Source: Spirochaetota bacterium (GTDB taxonomy: Bacteria; Spirochaetota; JAAYUW01; JAOAHJ01). Taken from it: a stretch of DNA of 64,000 bases. Below the pieces are notes generated by a model. The model saw only the letters and a program-made list of their open reading frames with translations, did not search any database and was not told the DNA's origin. Shown here piece after piece: positions 10,960 through 21,398 of this stretch (within the stretch, counting starts at the first letter, position 1; each line of letters opens with the position of its first letter). The DNA is taken from NCBI GenBank assembly GCA_026415295.1, contig JAOAHJ010000026.1:11638-75637 (forward strand), in the 5' to 3' direction. The translations under genes were made by a program, and so were the position numbers.

Positions 10960-12320
10960 ATAAAAATATACTTTTTATTGCAACATACTTTCCTCCAGAT
11001 TCTGGAGTTTCTCCAAAAATAAACTATAAAACAGCACAATTATTAAAATCTCTTGGGAACAATGTTTATGTTTTAACAAAAAAAAAGTTCAAAATAGAAG
11101 ATAATTCATATAATATCAATGAGTTTGAAACTTTTTTTTTCTTTTCATACAATGAAACAATTATAAGGTTTTTTGTACCTTTTTTAAGATTTATTAAAAC
11201 ACCTCCAGTTTCAACAAACTTTTTTTATGTAAAAAGTATAGTTAAAATATCAAAAAAAATAATAAAAAACAAAAAAATAGATATAATATATTCAGTTTTT
11301 GGTACAGGGAACGAACATGAAGCTTCTTACAGACTTAAAAAGATTTTCCCTCATATTATTTGGATTTCTGAATATCAAGATCCATGGATAAACTATAATT
11401 TAATTTATTTAAAATATTTTGATAAATACGCAAATAAATTATATAAAAATTATATTCTAAAAAAATTTAATAAAATCTATTTTAACCATATTAATTCTTC
11501 AGATTATATTCTTGTTGAAACACCTTTACATGAAAACAAGTTAAAAAATCTTATAATTGAAAATAATAATATCAAGAATAAAAATATAGAAAAAATTAAA
11601 CTAAATCTAATCGGATATTGTGGTGAAAACAAAGAGATAGTAATTAATAATTATGAAGAAAACGAATATTATAAGTTTATAAAAGAAAACTTCAAAATAA
11701 AAAATATACCATTGATTATTTTTACTGGATCTACATATTCTGGTTATGACTATATTCTTGAAGCTTTCATTAATATATTAATAGAACTTTTTAAAGAAAA
11801 TTATAAATTTTATTTCTTCTCTTTTGGAAATAATCATTTTGATCATTACATTAAAAAGCTTATTAAAAATAGTGAAGATAAAAATTGTCCTAAGAATGAT
11901 GAAAATAATGAAAAAAATATTAATAAAATCCTAAATTTTAATTTAAACTTTAATAACATTTTCAATATTTACACTTTTCCATTTATTGAACACAAAAAAT
12001 TATTAAAAATTCTAACTCTTTTTGATTTTGGTTTAACTGTAATAATGAAAGAATATAAAGAAAACATAAATAGCAAACTATATGAATATGCCTACTTTCA
12101 AATTCCTATATTATCCATATCCCCTGAAGATGGAAGCATGGCTTATCTTATAAATAAATATAAAATAGGCTATATTTTATCTTATGAAAAGGATAAAATG
12201 AAAGAAAATTTAAAAGAGATACTTACTTCTTTTTATAAAAATCAATGTTTAAAAATAAGCAATGAAACATCAGAACTTTTTAAAAAAGAGAACCTATTTA
12301 ATTTTCCATTAAAAAACTAA
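10956..12320 (+). CDS. Glycosyltransferase family 4-like
   Basis: ATYFPP, EYQDPW, FTGS, SKLYEY...PIL motifs. ATGA overlap with the upstream gene. Confidence 0.75.
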   Translation: MNKNILFIATYFPPDSGVSPKINYKTAQLLKSLGNNVYVLTKKKFKIEDNSYNINEFETFFFFSYNETIIRFFVPFLRFIKTPPVSTNFFYVKSIVKISKKIIKNKKIDIIYSVFGTGNEHEASYRLKKIFPHIIWISEYQDPWINYNLIYLKYFDKYANKLYKNYILKKFNKIYFNHINSSDYILVETPLHENKLKNLIIENNNIKNKNIEKIKLNLIGYCGENKEIVINNYEENEYYKFIKENFKIKNIPLIIFTGSTYSGYDYILEAFINILIELFKENYKFYFFSFGNNHFDHYIKKLIKNSEDKNCPKNDENNEKNINKILNFNLNFNNIFNIYTFPFIEHKKLLKILTLFDFGLTVIMKEYKENINSKLYEYAYFQIPILSISPEDGSMAYLINKYKIGYILSYEKDKMKENLKEILTSFYKNQCLKISNETSELFKKENLFNFPLKN

Positions 12321-12343
12321 AATTAAAAGATAAAATTTAAATT

Positions 12344-14230
12344 TTAGTTTACAAACTTTTGTTCATTATAAATTTTCAAATTTGCTTCTGGAATTAATTC
12401 TTTTAACCATTTTCTTAGTTCTTCTCTATTCATATCTAATATATCATTAATTTTGATCTGAATCAGCTTTGAAAAAGCTTTTAAAACTTCTTCTTTATCT
12501 TCATCTACCCTAAATATTTTTTCATGTTCAGTTTTTTCAACTTTATCTTTATCAAAAAAAAGCTCTTCATACATCTTTTCTCCAGGCCTTAAGCCAGTAT
12601 ATACTATTTTTATATCTTTATCTGGAATAAATCCATAAAGTTTTATAAGTTCTTTAGCAATATCTACAACTTTAAATTGTTTACCCATATCAAGAACATA
12701 AATAGAACCATTATCATTAAAAGATGCAGCATTAATAAGAAGTAAACTTGCCTCAGGAATAGTCATAAAAAATCTAGTAATTTCTGGATGAGTAACAGTT
12801 ACAGGACCACCTCTCTCAATCTGCTCAATAAAAAGTGGAAGAACTGAGCCTCTTGAACCAATTACATTACCAAATCTAACAATTGATGTTTTGATGCCAT
12901 ATCTATAAAAAAACCCATAAGTTAAGATTTCCCCAAGCCTTTTTGTTGCCCCCATTATATTTTCAGGATTTACAGCTTTATCAGTAGAAACAAATATAAA
13001 TTTTTCAACATTATATTTATAACAAAGTTCAAGTATATTTAAAGTTCCAAATAGATTGTTATTTATGGCTTCATATTCATTTAGTTCCATAAGAGGTACA
13101 TGTTTATGTGCTGCAGCATGAAAAACTAGATCTGGTTTGTAATGACAAAAAATTTTATCAAAAAGTTCTTTATCTTTAATGTCAATTATTTTATAAATAA
13201 TTTTGCTTGCAAAATCGGAAAGCTCTCTTTTTGAAAGAAACTCGGAAATATTTTTAATTAAGTTATAAATTGAATATTCTCCTCTACCGGTTGCAATTAT
13301 TAGTTCTGGTTCAAAGTTTATAAGCTGTTTTGTAATCTCAGATCCTATTGAACCCCCAGCACCTGTTATAAGAATTTTTTTGCCTTTATAAAAACTTTTT
13401 AACTTTATCTCATCAATTCTTACCTCTTCTCTACCAATAAGATCTGATAGATCAATATTTCTTAACTCCTTTATAAGTGGTCTTTTATCATTTAATTCAA
13501 GAAGGTGGGGCAAAACTTGTATATCAATAATATTTCTCTTATCTATTTCTTTTATTCTATCTACTATCCTATTTATCTGATAAGAATTTGCAGATGGAAT
13601 TGCTATTATAATTTTTTCTACAATAAATTTATCAACTATTTTTTTTATTAGATCTATAGATCCAAATATTTTTTTGCCTGATATTATCTTCCCTTTTTTA
13701 GAAGGATCATCATCAAGAAAACCGATTATATGCTTTTGCAATCCAAATTTTATATATTCATTTAATATTATTCTTCCAGCTTCTCCAGCTCCGATAATTA
13801 ATGTATTAACTTTTTTATCAGTATCTAAAAATATCTTATTTACATTTCTAACTTTAGAAAACTTTTTTAGTCTATAAAATATTCTATATAAAATAGTAAA
13901 AAATAGTATTAAAAAAAAAGTCAAAAAAATTTGTGGTTGAGAAAAACCAATATTTATAATTTTCAATAAAATAAAAATCAAACAAAAAGATATTAAATTT
14001 ACTACTGAAAGTTTTATAAGATCACTAAAAGAGCAGTATTTCCATAAAATTTTATAGACCCCACTTATATAAAATACAAAAATATAATTAATAGAAAAAA
14101 TTAAAAAATATATAAAATTTAAATAATAGGAATGACTCAATAGATCAGGATAAAATCTTATAAAATAAGATATATAATAGGAAAAAATAATAATTAATAA
14201 ATCAAATATTAAATCTAAATATTTTTTCAT
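12344..14230 (-). CDS. pglF: CapD/PglF/WbpM-type membrane-bound UDP-GlcNAc 4,6-dehydratase
   Basis: Four N-terminal TMs, GAGEAG, GAGGSIGSE, HAAAHKHVP, STDKAVNP, RFGNVIGSRGSV, GLRPGEK. Confidence 0.9.
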   Translation of the reverse strand: MKKYLDLIFDLLIIIFSYYISYFIRFYPDLLSHSYYLNFIYFLIFSINYIFVFYISGVYKILWKYCSFSDLIKLSVVNLISFCLIFILLKIINIGFSQPQIFLTFFLILFFTILYRIFYRLKKFSKVRNVNKIFLDTDKKVNTLIIGAGEAGRIILNEYIKFGLQKHIIGFLDDDPSKKGKIISGKKIFGSIDLIKKIVDKFIVEKIIIAIPSANSYQINRIVDRIKEIDKRNIIDIQVLPHLLELNDKRPLIKELRNIDLSDLIGREEVRIDEIKLKSFYKGKKILITGAGGSIGSEITKQLINFEPELIIATGRGEYSIYNLIKNISEFLSKRELSDFASKIIYKIIDIKDKELFDKIFCHYKPDLVFHAAAHKHVPLMELNEYEAINNNLFGTLNILELCYKYNVEKFIFVSTDKAVNPENIMGATKRLGEILTYGFFYRYGIKTSIVRFGNVIGSRGSVLPLFIEQIERGGPVTVTHPEITRFFMTIPEASLLLINAASFNDNGSIYVLDMGKQFKVVDIAKELIKLYGFIPDKDIKIVYTGLRPGEKMYEELFFDKDKVEKTEHEKIFRVDEDKEEVLKAFSKLIQIKINDILDMNREELRKWLKELIPEANLKIYNEQKFVN

Positions 14231-14258
14231 ATAAAAAAATTTTTTAAAAAATAGTTTC

Positions 14259-15380
14259 TTAGCAGGAATAAGTTAGAACTTTTTCGATAATGTATTCGAT
14301 TTCTTCATCCTTTAATCCAGGATAGATAGGTAATGATAATGATTTTCTAAAAACTTCATTTGCTATAGGATAATCTTTTTCTCTATAACCATATTTTTCT
14401 TTATAGTATGGATGCTTATGAACAGGGATAAAATGAACAGATGTATTTATCCCATTTTCTTTTAGCTTATTGTAAAGTTCATCTCTATTGTTAACTTTTA
14501 TAACATAAAGATGCCAAGATGTTTTCCTATCATCCTTAATAAAAGGTATCTCTATTTTTGAGTTTGCAAAAGCTTCACTATATTTTCTTGCAATTTTTTC
14601 TCTTTCATCATTCATCCAAAAAGCTTTTTTAAGTTGTGCAAGCCCTATTGCTGAACAGACATCTGTTAAATTATACTTATAACCATTATCTATCACTTCA
14701 TAATACCAATCTCCACCTCTATACCTATCCCAAACATCTCTATTTATACCATGCAATCTATTTACCTTTATTTTTGATGCAAAATTATCATTGTTTGTTG
14801 TAGCCATCCCTCCTTCACCTGTTGCAAGAGTTTTTGTTGCATAAAAAGAAAAACATGTTACATCTGATCCATGAAGATTGCCTACAATATTATTTTTGTA
14901 GTAGGAAGGAAAAGCATGAGCTGCATCTTCTACAACATACAAATTATATTTTTTTGCAATATTATATATCTCATCCATATCACATGGTTGTCCTCCAAAA
15001 TGAACAGGTATAATAGCTTTCGTTTTTTTTGTTATCAGTGGTTCAATTTTTTTAACATCAATATTATGAGTTTCATACTCAATGTCACATAAAACAGGTA
15101 TTGCTCCAAAATAAGTTACAACTTCAGCTGTTGCAATAAATGTATTTGTTGGAAGAATAACTTCATCATTTTCCTTTATGCCTACTGCTTTTAAAGCTAA
15201 ATGTAAAGCTGCTGTTGCAGATGCTACTCCAAAGGAATATTTTGAGCCTATAACCTTTCTAAACTCTTCTTCAAAAAGTAGAGTTTTTTTACCAGTTGTA
15301 AGCCAACCAGATTTAACTGATTCAACTACCTCATTTATTTCATCATCTGTTATATATGGTTTATGAAACATTATATTCAT
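14259..15380 (-). CDS. DegT/DnrJ/EryC1/StrS PLP sugar aminotransferase
   Basis: EDAAHA, FSFYATKTLATGEGGM, SLPIYP. Confidence 0.92.
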   Translation of the reverse strand: MNIMFHKPYITDDEINEVVESVKSGWLTTGKKTLLFEEEFRKVIGSKYSFGVASATAALHLALKAVGIKENDEVILPTNTFIATAEVVTYFGAIPVLCDIEYETHNIDVKKIEPLITKKTKAIIPVHFGGQPCDMDEIYNIAKKYNLYVVEDAAHAFPSYYKNNIVGNLHGSDVTCFSFYATKTLATGEGGMATTNNDNFASKIKVNRLHGINRDVWDRYRGGDWYYEVIDNGYKYNLTDVCSAIGLAQLKKAFWMNDEREKIARKYSEAFANSKIEIPFIKDDRKTSWHLYVIKVNNRDELYNKLKENGINTSVHFIPVHKHPYYKEKYGYREKDYPIANEVFRKSLSLPIYPGLKDEEIEYIIEKVLTYSC

Positions 15381-16872
15381 AATTTAATATCTCCTTATTT
15401 TTTTTCATAAAAAGCCCAATAAGTAAAGAATAAAAAGGACCTACAAGAGGATGCCCAAAAATATAATCAGTTAGTCCTCCGATTATAAAAAAAACTAATA
15501 GTGAAAAGAATAAAATATAATAGAATCTATCCTCTTTTTCTTTTATAATATTTCGTATCAATTTATAAAAAGATAATAAAACAATAAAAAGAAAAACTAA
15601 AAATGAAAAAAAACCAAACTCTGAAAATATTTGAAGAAAATCATTATGACAATGAGAATGTCGTGTAAAATTATTATGAAAATATCTATTTAAATCTTTA
15701 TTATTATTAACATAGTAATTCCAGGCAAAAGGACCTGTACCTGTTAAAAATCTCTTTTTTATTACCTCCAAAGAAACTGATATCAATGCTGCTCTTTCTG
15801 CTGATTCAAAATATATTAAATCTTTCCTTGATGTTATTTCTGGATGAAACAACCATGAACTTATTTGCTTTATTTCATAACCAGCATTTATAACTCTTCT
15901 AAATATCCAGTAATCTTTTATAAATTTATCCAATAAAAATTTTCTTGAAATTGTAACTACTTTTACAATATTTTTATTTAATTTTCCCTCAAATATAGGC
16001 TCAATAATTATAAAAATTGATATTAGAAAAATAATAATAACTAGTATAGAAAAAGTTTTTAAAAAAATACTTCTTGACAGAAAAAAAAGGGATAAAATTA
16101 AAAAAATAAAAACAGATAAAAAGAAAGCTATTAATACAGACCTTGTCCCAGATGATAAAAAAGAGATAGAGGCTAAAATGACAGAAAAAATAAAAATAAT
16201 AATAGAAATAAATAAGTAAAATATTTTTTTTATTTTTTTAATATTGTTTTTATTAATATTTTTAACAAAACAGAAAAAATTAAATACGATGAAAAAAAGA
16301 GGAATTATTGTACAATAAGCATAACCTACTGCATTTCTTAATAAACCACTTCTTCTATCAGAAAATATTCCAGATAAGTTTTTATATAAACTGAAAAGAT
16401 ATAAAATATTTATAATATAAAAAAGTAAAATAATAAGATTTGAAAAAAGATATATTTTAAAGTTTAAATTTAGAAAAACTTTGTAATAAAGTGAAAAAAT
16501 ATAAAAAGAAGCACACATTATTAAAAAAATTATGAAATAAATAGGTAGTCTTAAAAAGCTTAATTTATAATTATATGAAAAAATAAAAGATAATATAAAA
16601 AAAAGTAAAAAAGAAAAGATAAAACCAAACTCTATACTTTTAAATAAAATTAGATTTTCGGAGTTGCTTGAATGATAAGAAATTAATTCAATATTTTTTC
16701 TTTCTTTTGATTTGAAATAATTTAAAATTAAGAAATCAACAAAAAAAAATAAAATAATAAATACTTGAAATAGTGTAGATAAAGAAATGGATACTATAGA
16801 TGTTGAAAATAAAAAAACAAACAAAAAGTATAATACAATTCTCTTTTCTAATAAACTCTCTTTACTCATCAA
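15361..16872 (-). CDS. O-antigen ligase family protein (WaaL/PglL, Wzy_C)
   Basis: About 12 TMs, SGTRS, GTGP and HCHNDFLQIFSEFG motifs. Confidence 0.85.
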   Translation of the reverse strand: MMSKESLLEKRIVLYFLFVFLFSTSIVSISLSTLFQVFIILFFFVDFLILNYFKSKERKNIELISYHSSNSENLILFKSIEFGFIFSFLLFFILSFIFSYNYKLSFLRLPIYFIIFLIMCASFYIFSLYYKVFLNLNFKIYLFSNLIILLFYIINILYLFSLYKNLSGIFSDRRSGLLRNAVGYAYCTIIPLFFIVFNFFCFVKNINKNNIKKIKKIFYLFISIIIFIFSVILASISFLSSGTRSVLIAFFLSVFIFLILSLFFLSRSIFLKTFSILVIIIFLISIFIIIEPIFEGKLNKNIVKVVTISRKFLLDKFIKDYWIFRRVINAGYEIKQISSWLFHPEITSRKDLIYFESAERAALISVSLEVIKKRFLTGTGPFAWNYYVNNNKDLNRYFHNNFTRHSHCHNDFLQIFSEFGFFSFLVFLFIVLLSFYKLIRNIIKEKEDRFYYILFFSLLVFFIIGGLTDYIFGHPLVGPFYSLLIGLFMKKNKEILNYEYNVS

Positions 16873-16905
16873 AAGAATAATATCTAAAATATTATTTTTA
16901 GCTAT

Positions 16906-17976
16906 TTATTTTTTTTTTAATTTTTCGATCTCATTTTCAAGATTCTCAACCTTCTTTTCAGTTACTGATATCATATAGAAAAAGAGCATAGAAAGTATAT
17001 AGATCAAAACAATAGTTATTAATGCATGAATAGGCTGAAGATAAAGTATTATTATTGCAAAACTACCATAAACAATGGTTATAGTATAAAGTAAAAGAAG
17101 TATTCCTTTATTTGAAAAACCAAGATCCATCAGTCTATGATGTATATGGTTTTTATCAGCTGTAAATATATGATATCCATTTTTTATTCTTTTGTGTGAA
17201 ACACTTACAATATCTATAATTGGTACTGAAAGAAGCATCAAGGGTATAACAAAGATTGTAAGAGTCGAAAGTTTCTTTATTCCAATCAAAGGCAATATCG
17301 AGTAAATAAAACCTAAAAAATATGCCCCTCCATCACCCATAAATATTTTTGCTGGTGGAAAATTAAATATCAAAAATGCAAATGTAGATAAAGATAAAGA
17401 GAGAGAAATATAAAAAACAAGTAAATTATTTTGAATAAAACCTATAATTGTTACAAAAATAAAAGATATAAAAAGTATTCCTCCAGCAAGACCATCCATT
17501 CCATCAAGCATATTTATAGCATTCATAAATGCAGCTATCCATAAAGGAGTAAAAATATAAGTAAAATAGCCAAAATCTATTTTTATAAATCCAGGAATAT
17601 TTATACCATCAAAACTTAATCCAGAAAAACATACAATTAATCCAGAAATTATTTGTAAAAAAAGTTTTAATCTTGCCTTTATATGAACAAGATCATCAAT
17701 AAAACCTGTTAAGAAAGCAACAGTAAAAGCTAATAAAAAAAGATAGGGATTAAAATTAAATTTTATATTTTTTATAAATAGAAGATATAAATAAAAGACT
17801 AAAAAACCTGTAAAAATAGCTAAACCTCCAAGTCTGCTTATATTTCTTTTATGAATCTTTCTTTCATCAATATAGTCAAATAGTTTCTTTTTATGACTTA
17901 TATAATTAATCAATGGAATTAATAAAAATGAGACTATAAAAGGAATAATAATAAAAAAATTAAATTCTATCTTCAT
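16906..17976 (-). CDS. wecA: WecA/TagO undecaprenyl-phosphate GlcNAc-1-P transferase
   Basis: RKIH, RLGGLAI, GFIDD, NAINMLDGMDGLA, NFPPAKIFMGDGG, ADKNHIHH. Confidence 0.92.
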   Translation of the reverse strand: MKIEFNFFIIIPFIVSFLLIPLINYISHKKKLFDYIDERKIHKRNISRLGGLAIFTGFLVFYLYLLFIKNIKFNFNPYLFLLAFTVAFLTGFIDDLVHIKARLKLFLQIISGLIVCFSGLSFDGINIPGFIKIDFGYFTYIFTPLWIAAFMNAINMLDGMDGLAGGILFISFIFVTIIGFIQNNLLVFYISLSLSLSTFAFLIFNFPPAKIFMGDGGAYFLGFIYSILPLIGIKKLSTLTIFVIPLMLLSVPIIDIVSVSHKRIKNGYHIFTADKNHIHHRLMDLGFSNKGILLLLYTITIVYGSFAIIILYLQPIHALITIVLIYILSMLFFYMISVTEKKVENLENEIEKLKKK

Positions 17977-18175
17977 CTATTCTATCCATCTAAAAATTTG
18001 TATTATTTAAACATTTTATATAATTTATTTTATTATATAGCACAAAATTTTGGAAAGAGGAGAAAAATAAATAAGATTTTTTTACTAATATATTATTAAT
18101 AAATAATTTAACAATAATGTTATGAGTAATATTATTTATTATAATAAATAACTCAATATTATCAAAAATAAAAAT

Positions 18176-19084
18176 TTATTCTTTTATTTTATTCCAATGT
18201 TTTTTGAAAAAATCAATCAAAAATACAAAAAATATTGATATAAAAAAAGAAAAAACTGTTAAAATAAAAATTTTTATTAAAAAACTTTTTAAGTCAAATT
18301 TTATTTCTTCTTCTTCTTCTTTATCAATTGACTTATAGTTATTAATTTTATAATTAATATTTTCTATTATTTTTTTATAAAATATATTGTATTTTTGATA
18401 ATTCACTATTATTATTTCAGTCAAACTGCTTAATATTTTATTATAATTTTCTTCATAAGAGATAATAATATTGTTTTCATTTTCAAAATAATTCTCTAAA
18501 AAATTAATTAAATTTATTGAATTTATAAACAAATCTTCTGCATTTCCATAATTATTCACTTTTTCTAAATTTGTAATGTAATTTAAATTATAGCTCTGAA
18601 AACTAAAAGGATTAATAATCTTATCTTTAAATAAAGAATAAAAAATAATATTTTTAGTTAAATTAATAAACCTGATTTTTTCTTCATTTTCAAATTTATT
18701 TTCTTTATTAAAACAAAATTTTATTTTATAAACTGGATAAGAAGATGGGTTATTTATATATTCATTTGATAAATCACTTGGAAAAATATCATTATTTTTT
18801 ATGTTATTAAATAAAATTATATTTTTGTTTAAGTGAAATTTAAGCATATTTTTTATATTTTGAAAAACTTCATAATTAAAATCTCCATTATATTCGATTG
18901 TATAAATATAATATCTTAATTTTTTACTTTTATTTAAAATGAATTTGTAATTATTTAATGATTTAATAAAAATAAAAACCCCTCCAATAATAGTAATTAT
19001 TATAGTAAATACAATAATAAATTTTTTATACTTCCACAAAATTTTAAATACATCAATTAAACTAAGTTCTTCACCATTATTCAT
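18176..19084 (-). CDS. wzz: Wzz-like chain length determinant
   Basis: EELSLIDVFKILWKYKKFII N-terminus and two terminal TMs. Confidence 0.7.
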   Translation of the reverse strand: MNNGEELSLIDVFKILWKYKKFIIVFTIIITIIGGVFIFIKSLNNYKFILNKSKKLRYYIYTIEYNGDFNYEVFQNIKNMLKFHLNKNIILFNNIKNNDIFPSDLSNEYINNPSSYPVYKIKFCFNKENKFENEEKIRFINLTKNIIFYSLFKDKIINPFSFQSYNLNYITNLEKVNNYGNAEDLFINSINLINFLENYFENENNIIISYEENYNKILSSLTEIIIVNYQKYNIFYKKIIENINYKINNYKSIDKEEEEEIKFDLKSFLIKIFILTVFSFFISIFFVFLIDFFKKHWNKIKE

Positions 19085-19097
19085 TTATTTTCCTCCT

Positions 19098-20282
19098 TTA
19101 TATATTATTAATTAATTCTTCAATTTTGTTAATAATATGTTCTCTATTAAACATATTTTCTATTAATTTTAATGAATTTTCTATATTTATATTATTGTTT
19201 TTAGAATTTAAAATAAATTCAATTTTTTTTCTTATTTCATTTTCATCATTTTTACAAAAATAACCAATTTTATATTCATCAACTATCTTACCTACAGCTC
19301 CATCAGTAATTACAAATATAGGTTTTTGAGCATAAAGGTAAGTAAAAAATTTAGCAGGTATAGTTAATTTAATATAGTCATCTTCTATTAAAGGTAAAAC
19401 AGAATAATCACAATCTTTAATTAAAGAAATAACCTCCTTTTCATCAATTTTCTCAATAAAAATAATATTAAAAGCATTTAATTTATTTTTTAATTTAATT
19501 AAATTTTCCTTCTCATTGCCATCACCCACAATATAAAAAATAATATTCTCTTCTTTAAAACTTGAAAAAGCTTTTATTACATTCTCTAAACCTTGCATTT
19601 TCCCAATATTTCCAGTATAAACAAACTTAATTTTGCTTTTATCTAAGCTTATTTTATGATTTTCTATTTTAATATTTGAATTAAACCATTGAGGAATATA
19701 TATAATTTCTTTTTTAGTATATAATTTTAACCTATCTATAAAACCAGGACTACTAACTAAAATATAATCAAAGTATTTATAAATAAATTTAACAAAGTTA
19801 TCTAATAAAAATGAAAAAGTAAATTTTTTTTTAAACCCATAAGAATAAACAGCATCTGGCCAAATATCTAAACTCCATATAATAGATTTTTTTTTGAAAA
19901 TTTTTTTTATAAAAAAAACTGGAAAAGCTTGAGTAAGAGGACCTGTATGGTAAACAAAAACTAAATCTATTTTATTTGCAATTTTAAATACATAAAAAGA
20001 TGCTTTTATCATAAAATTTATATATGATAATATTTTAATAAAAACACTTTTACTATAACCAAGAATAGTTTTTAATCTTATTATATTTATGCCATTAATA
20101 TTTTCAATAACAAATTTATTAATATAACCTTGATAAAGTTTATCTCCTGGATATGATGGTATTTGTGTTAAAACTGTTACAGTAAAACCTCTATCTTTTA
20201 ACTCATAAGATAGATCATTTATAGAAAAAGGTTCTGGAAAATACCTTTCAGTAATTATCAGAATATTTTTTATTTTTTCCAT
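19098..20282 (-). CDS. GT4, WbuB-like (probable L-FucNAc/L-FucNAm transferase)
   Basis: ERYFPE, PSYP, DIWPD, YTGNIGKMQGL, TIPAK. Directly downstream of fnlABC. Confidence 0.85.
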   Translation of the reverse strand: MEKIKNILIITERYFPEPFSINDLSYELKDRGFTVTVLTQIPSYPGDKLYQGYINKFVIENINGINIIRLKTILGYSKSVFIKILSYINFMIKASFYVFKIANKIDLVFVYHTGPLTQAFPVFFIKKIFKKKSIIWSLDIWPDAVYSYGFKKKFTFSFLLDNFVKFIYKYFDYILVSSPGFIDRLKLYTKKEIIYIPQWFNSNIKIENHKISLDKSKIKFVYTGNIGKMQGLENVIKAFSSFKEENIIFYIVGDGNEKENLIKLKNKLNAFNIIFIEKIDEKEVISLIKDCDYSVLPLIEDDYIKLTIPAKFFTYLYAQKPIFVITDGAVGKIVDEYKIGYFCKNDENEIRKKIEFILNSKNNNINIENSLKLIENMFNREHIINKIEELINNI

Positions 20283-21397
20283 ATATTTTTATTAATATAA
20301 TCAATATAACTTATTATTATTCTTGGTATTTTCTCTGAAACATTAGGAACAAAATAATCTTTAACTAATAAAAAATTTCTTTCTTTTCTATTTTGTTTTA
20401 CCGCTACTTCAATAGAATTTAATACAATATCTTTTCTAAAACCACTCATAATAACTGAAGCTTCTTCCATACCTTCTGGTCTCTCATGAGCTTCTCTAAT
20501 ATTTATAGCAGGAAAATTTAATATTGAAGATTCTTCTGTTATAGTCCCTGAATCAGATATAACTAAAAAAGAATTTATTTCAAGATTAACATAATCAGTA
20601 AAAGAAAATGGATTATGAAATATAATTAAATCATTAAAAATAACATTTTTTAATTGTTCAATTTTTTTTCTTGTTCTTGGATGGGTTGATACCATAATAG
20701 GAAATTTATATTTCTCTGCTATGCTATTTAATATATCTATAAAAGATAATAAATTATTCATGTTATCAACATTTTCTTCTCTATGAAAACTAACAACAAA
20801 ATATTTCTCTTTTTCAAGTCCTAACTTTTCAAGAATTTTAGAACTTTTAATCTTAGGTAAATAATAATTAATAACTTCATACATTGGGGAGCCAGTCTTT
20901 ATTATCCTTTCTGATGGGAAGCCCTCTTTTATTAAATATTCTCTAGCAATATCAGAATATGGTAAATTAATATCAGAAATATGATCAACAATTTTTCTAT
21001 TTGTTTCTTCAGGAACTCTTTGATCAAAGCATCTATTTCCAGCTTCCATATGAAATATTGGAATTTTTCTTCTTTTAGCTGGGTAAGCACATAAACAAGA
21101 ATTAGTGTCTCCTAATATCAATATAGCTTCAGGTTTAATTTTTTCAAATAATTCATCAATCTTAACTAACATATTTGATATTGTTTTAATATATGTATCA
21201 GATGCTGTTTCTAAAAAATAATCTGGTTTCTTTATTTCAAGATCATCAAAAAATATTTTATTTAATTCATAATCATAATTTTGCCCAGTATGAACAAGGA
21301 TATGATCAAAATATTCATCCATTTTACTAATAACTCTTGAAAGTCTAATTACTTCGGGCCTAGTACCAACTATTGTCATAACTTTTATTTTATTCAT
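20270..21397 (-). CDS. fnlC: FnlC/WbjD/Cap5G non-hydrolysing 2-epimerase
   Basis: VGTRPEVIRLS, HTGQNYDYEL, HMEAGNRCFDQRVPEE, SDSGTITEE. The real start is probably ATG 21397 (SD GAGG at 21404-21407), not 21448. Confidence 0.92.
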   Translation of the reverse strand: MNKIKVMTIVGTRPEVIRLSRVISKMDEYFDHILVHTGQNYDYELNKIFFDDLEIKKPDYFLETASDTYIKTISNMLVKIDELFEKIKPEAILILGDTNSCLCAYPAKRRKIPIFHMEAGNRCFDQRVPEETNRKIVDHISDINLPYSDIAREYLIKEGFPSERIIKTGSPMYEVINYYLPKIKSSKILEKLGLEKEKYFVVSFHREENVDNMNNLLSFIDILNSIAEKYKFPIMVSTHPRTRKKIEQLKNVIFNDLIIFHNPFSFTDYVNLEINSFLVISDSGTITEESSILNFPAINIREAHERPEGMEEASVIMSGFRKDIVLNSIEVAVKQNRKERNFLLVKDYFVPNVSEKIPRIIISYIDYINKNIWKK

Positions 21398-21398
21398 T

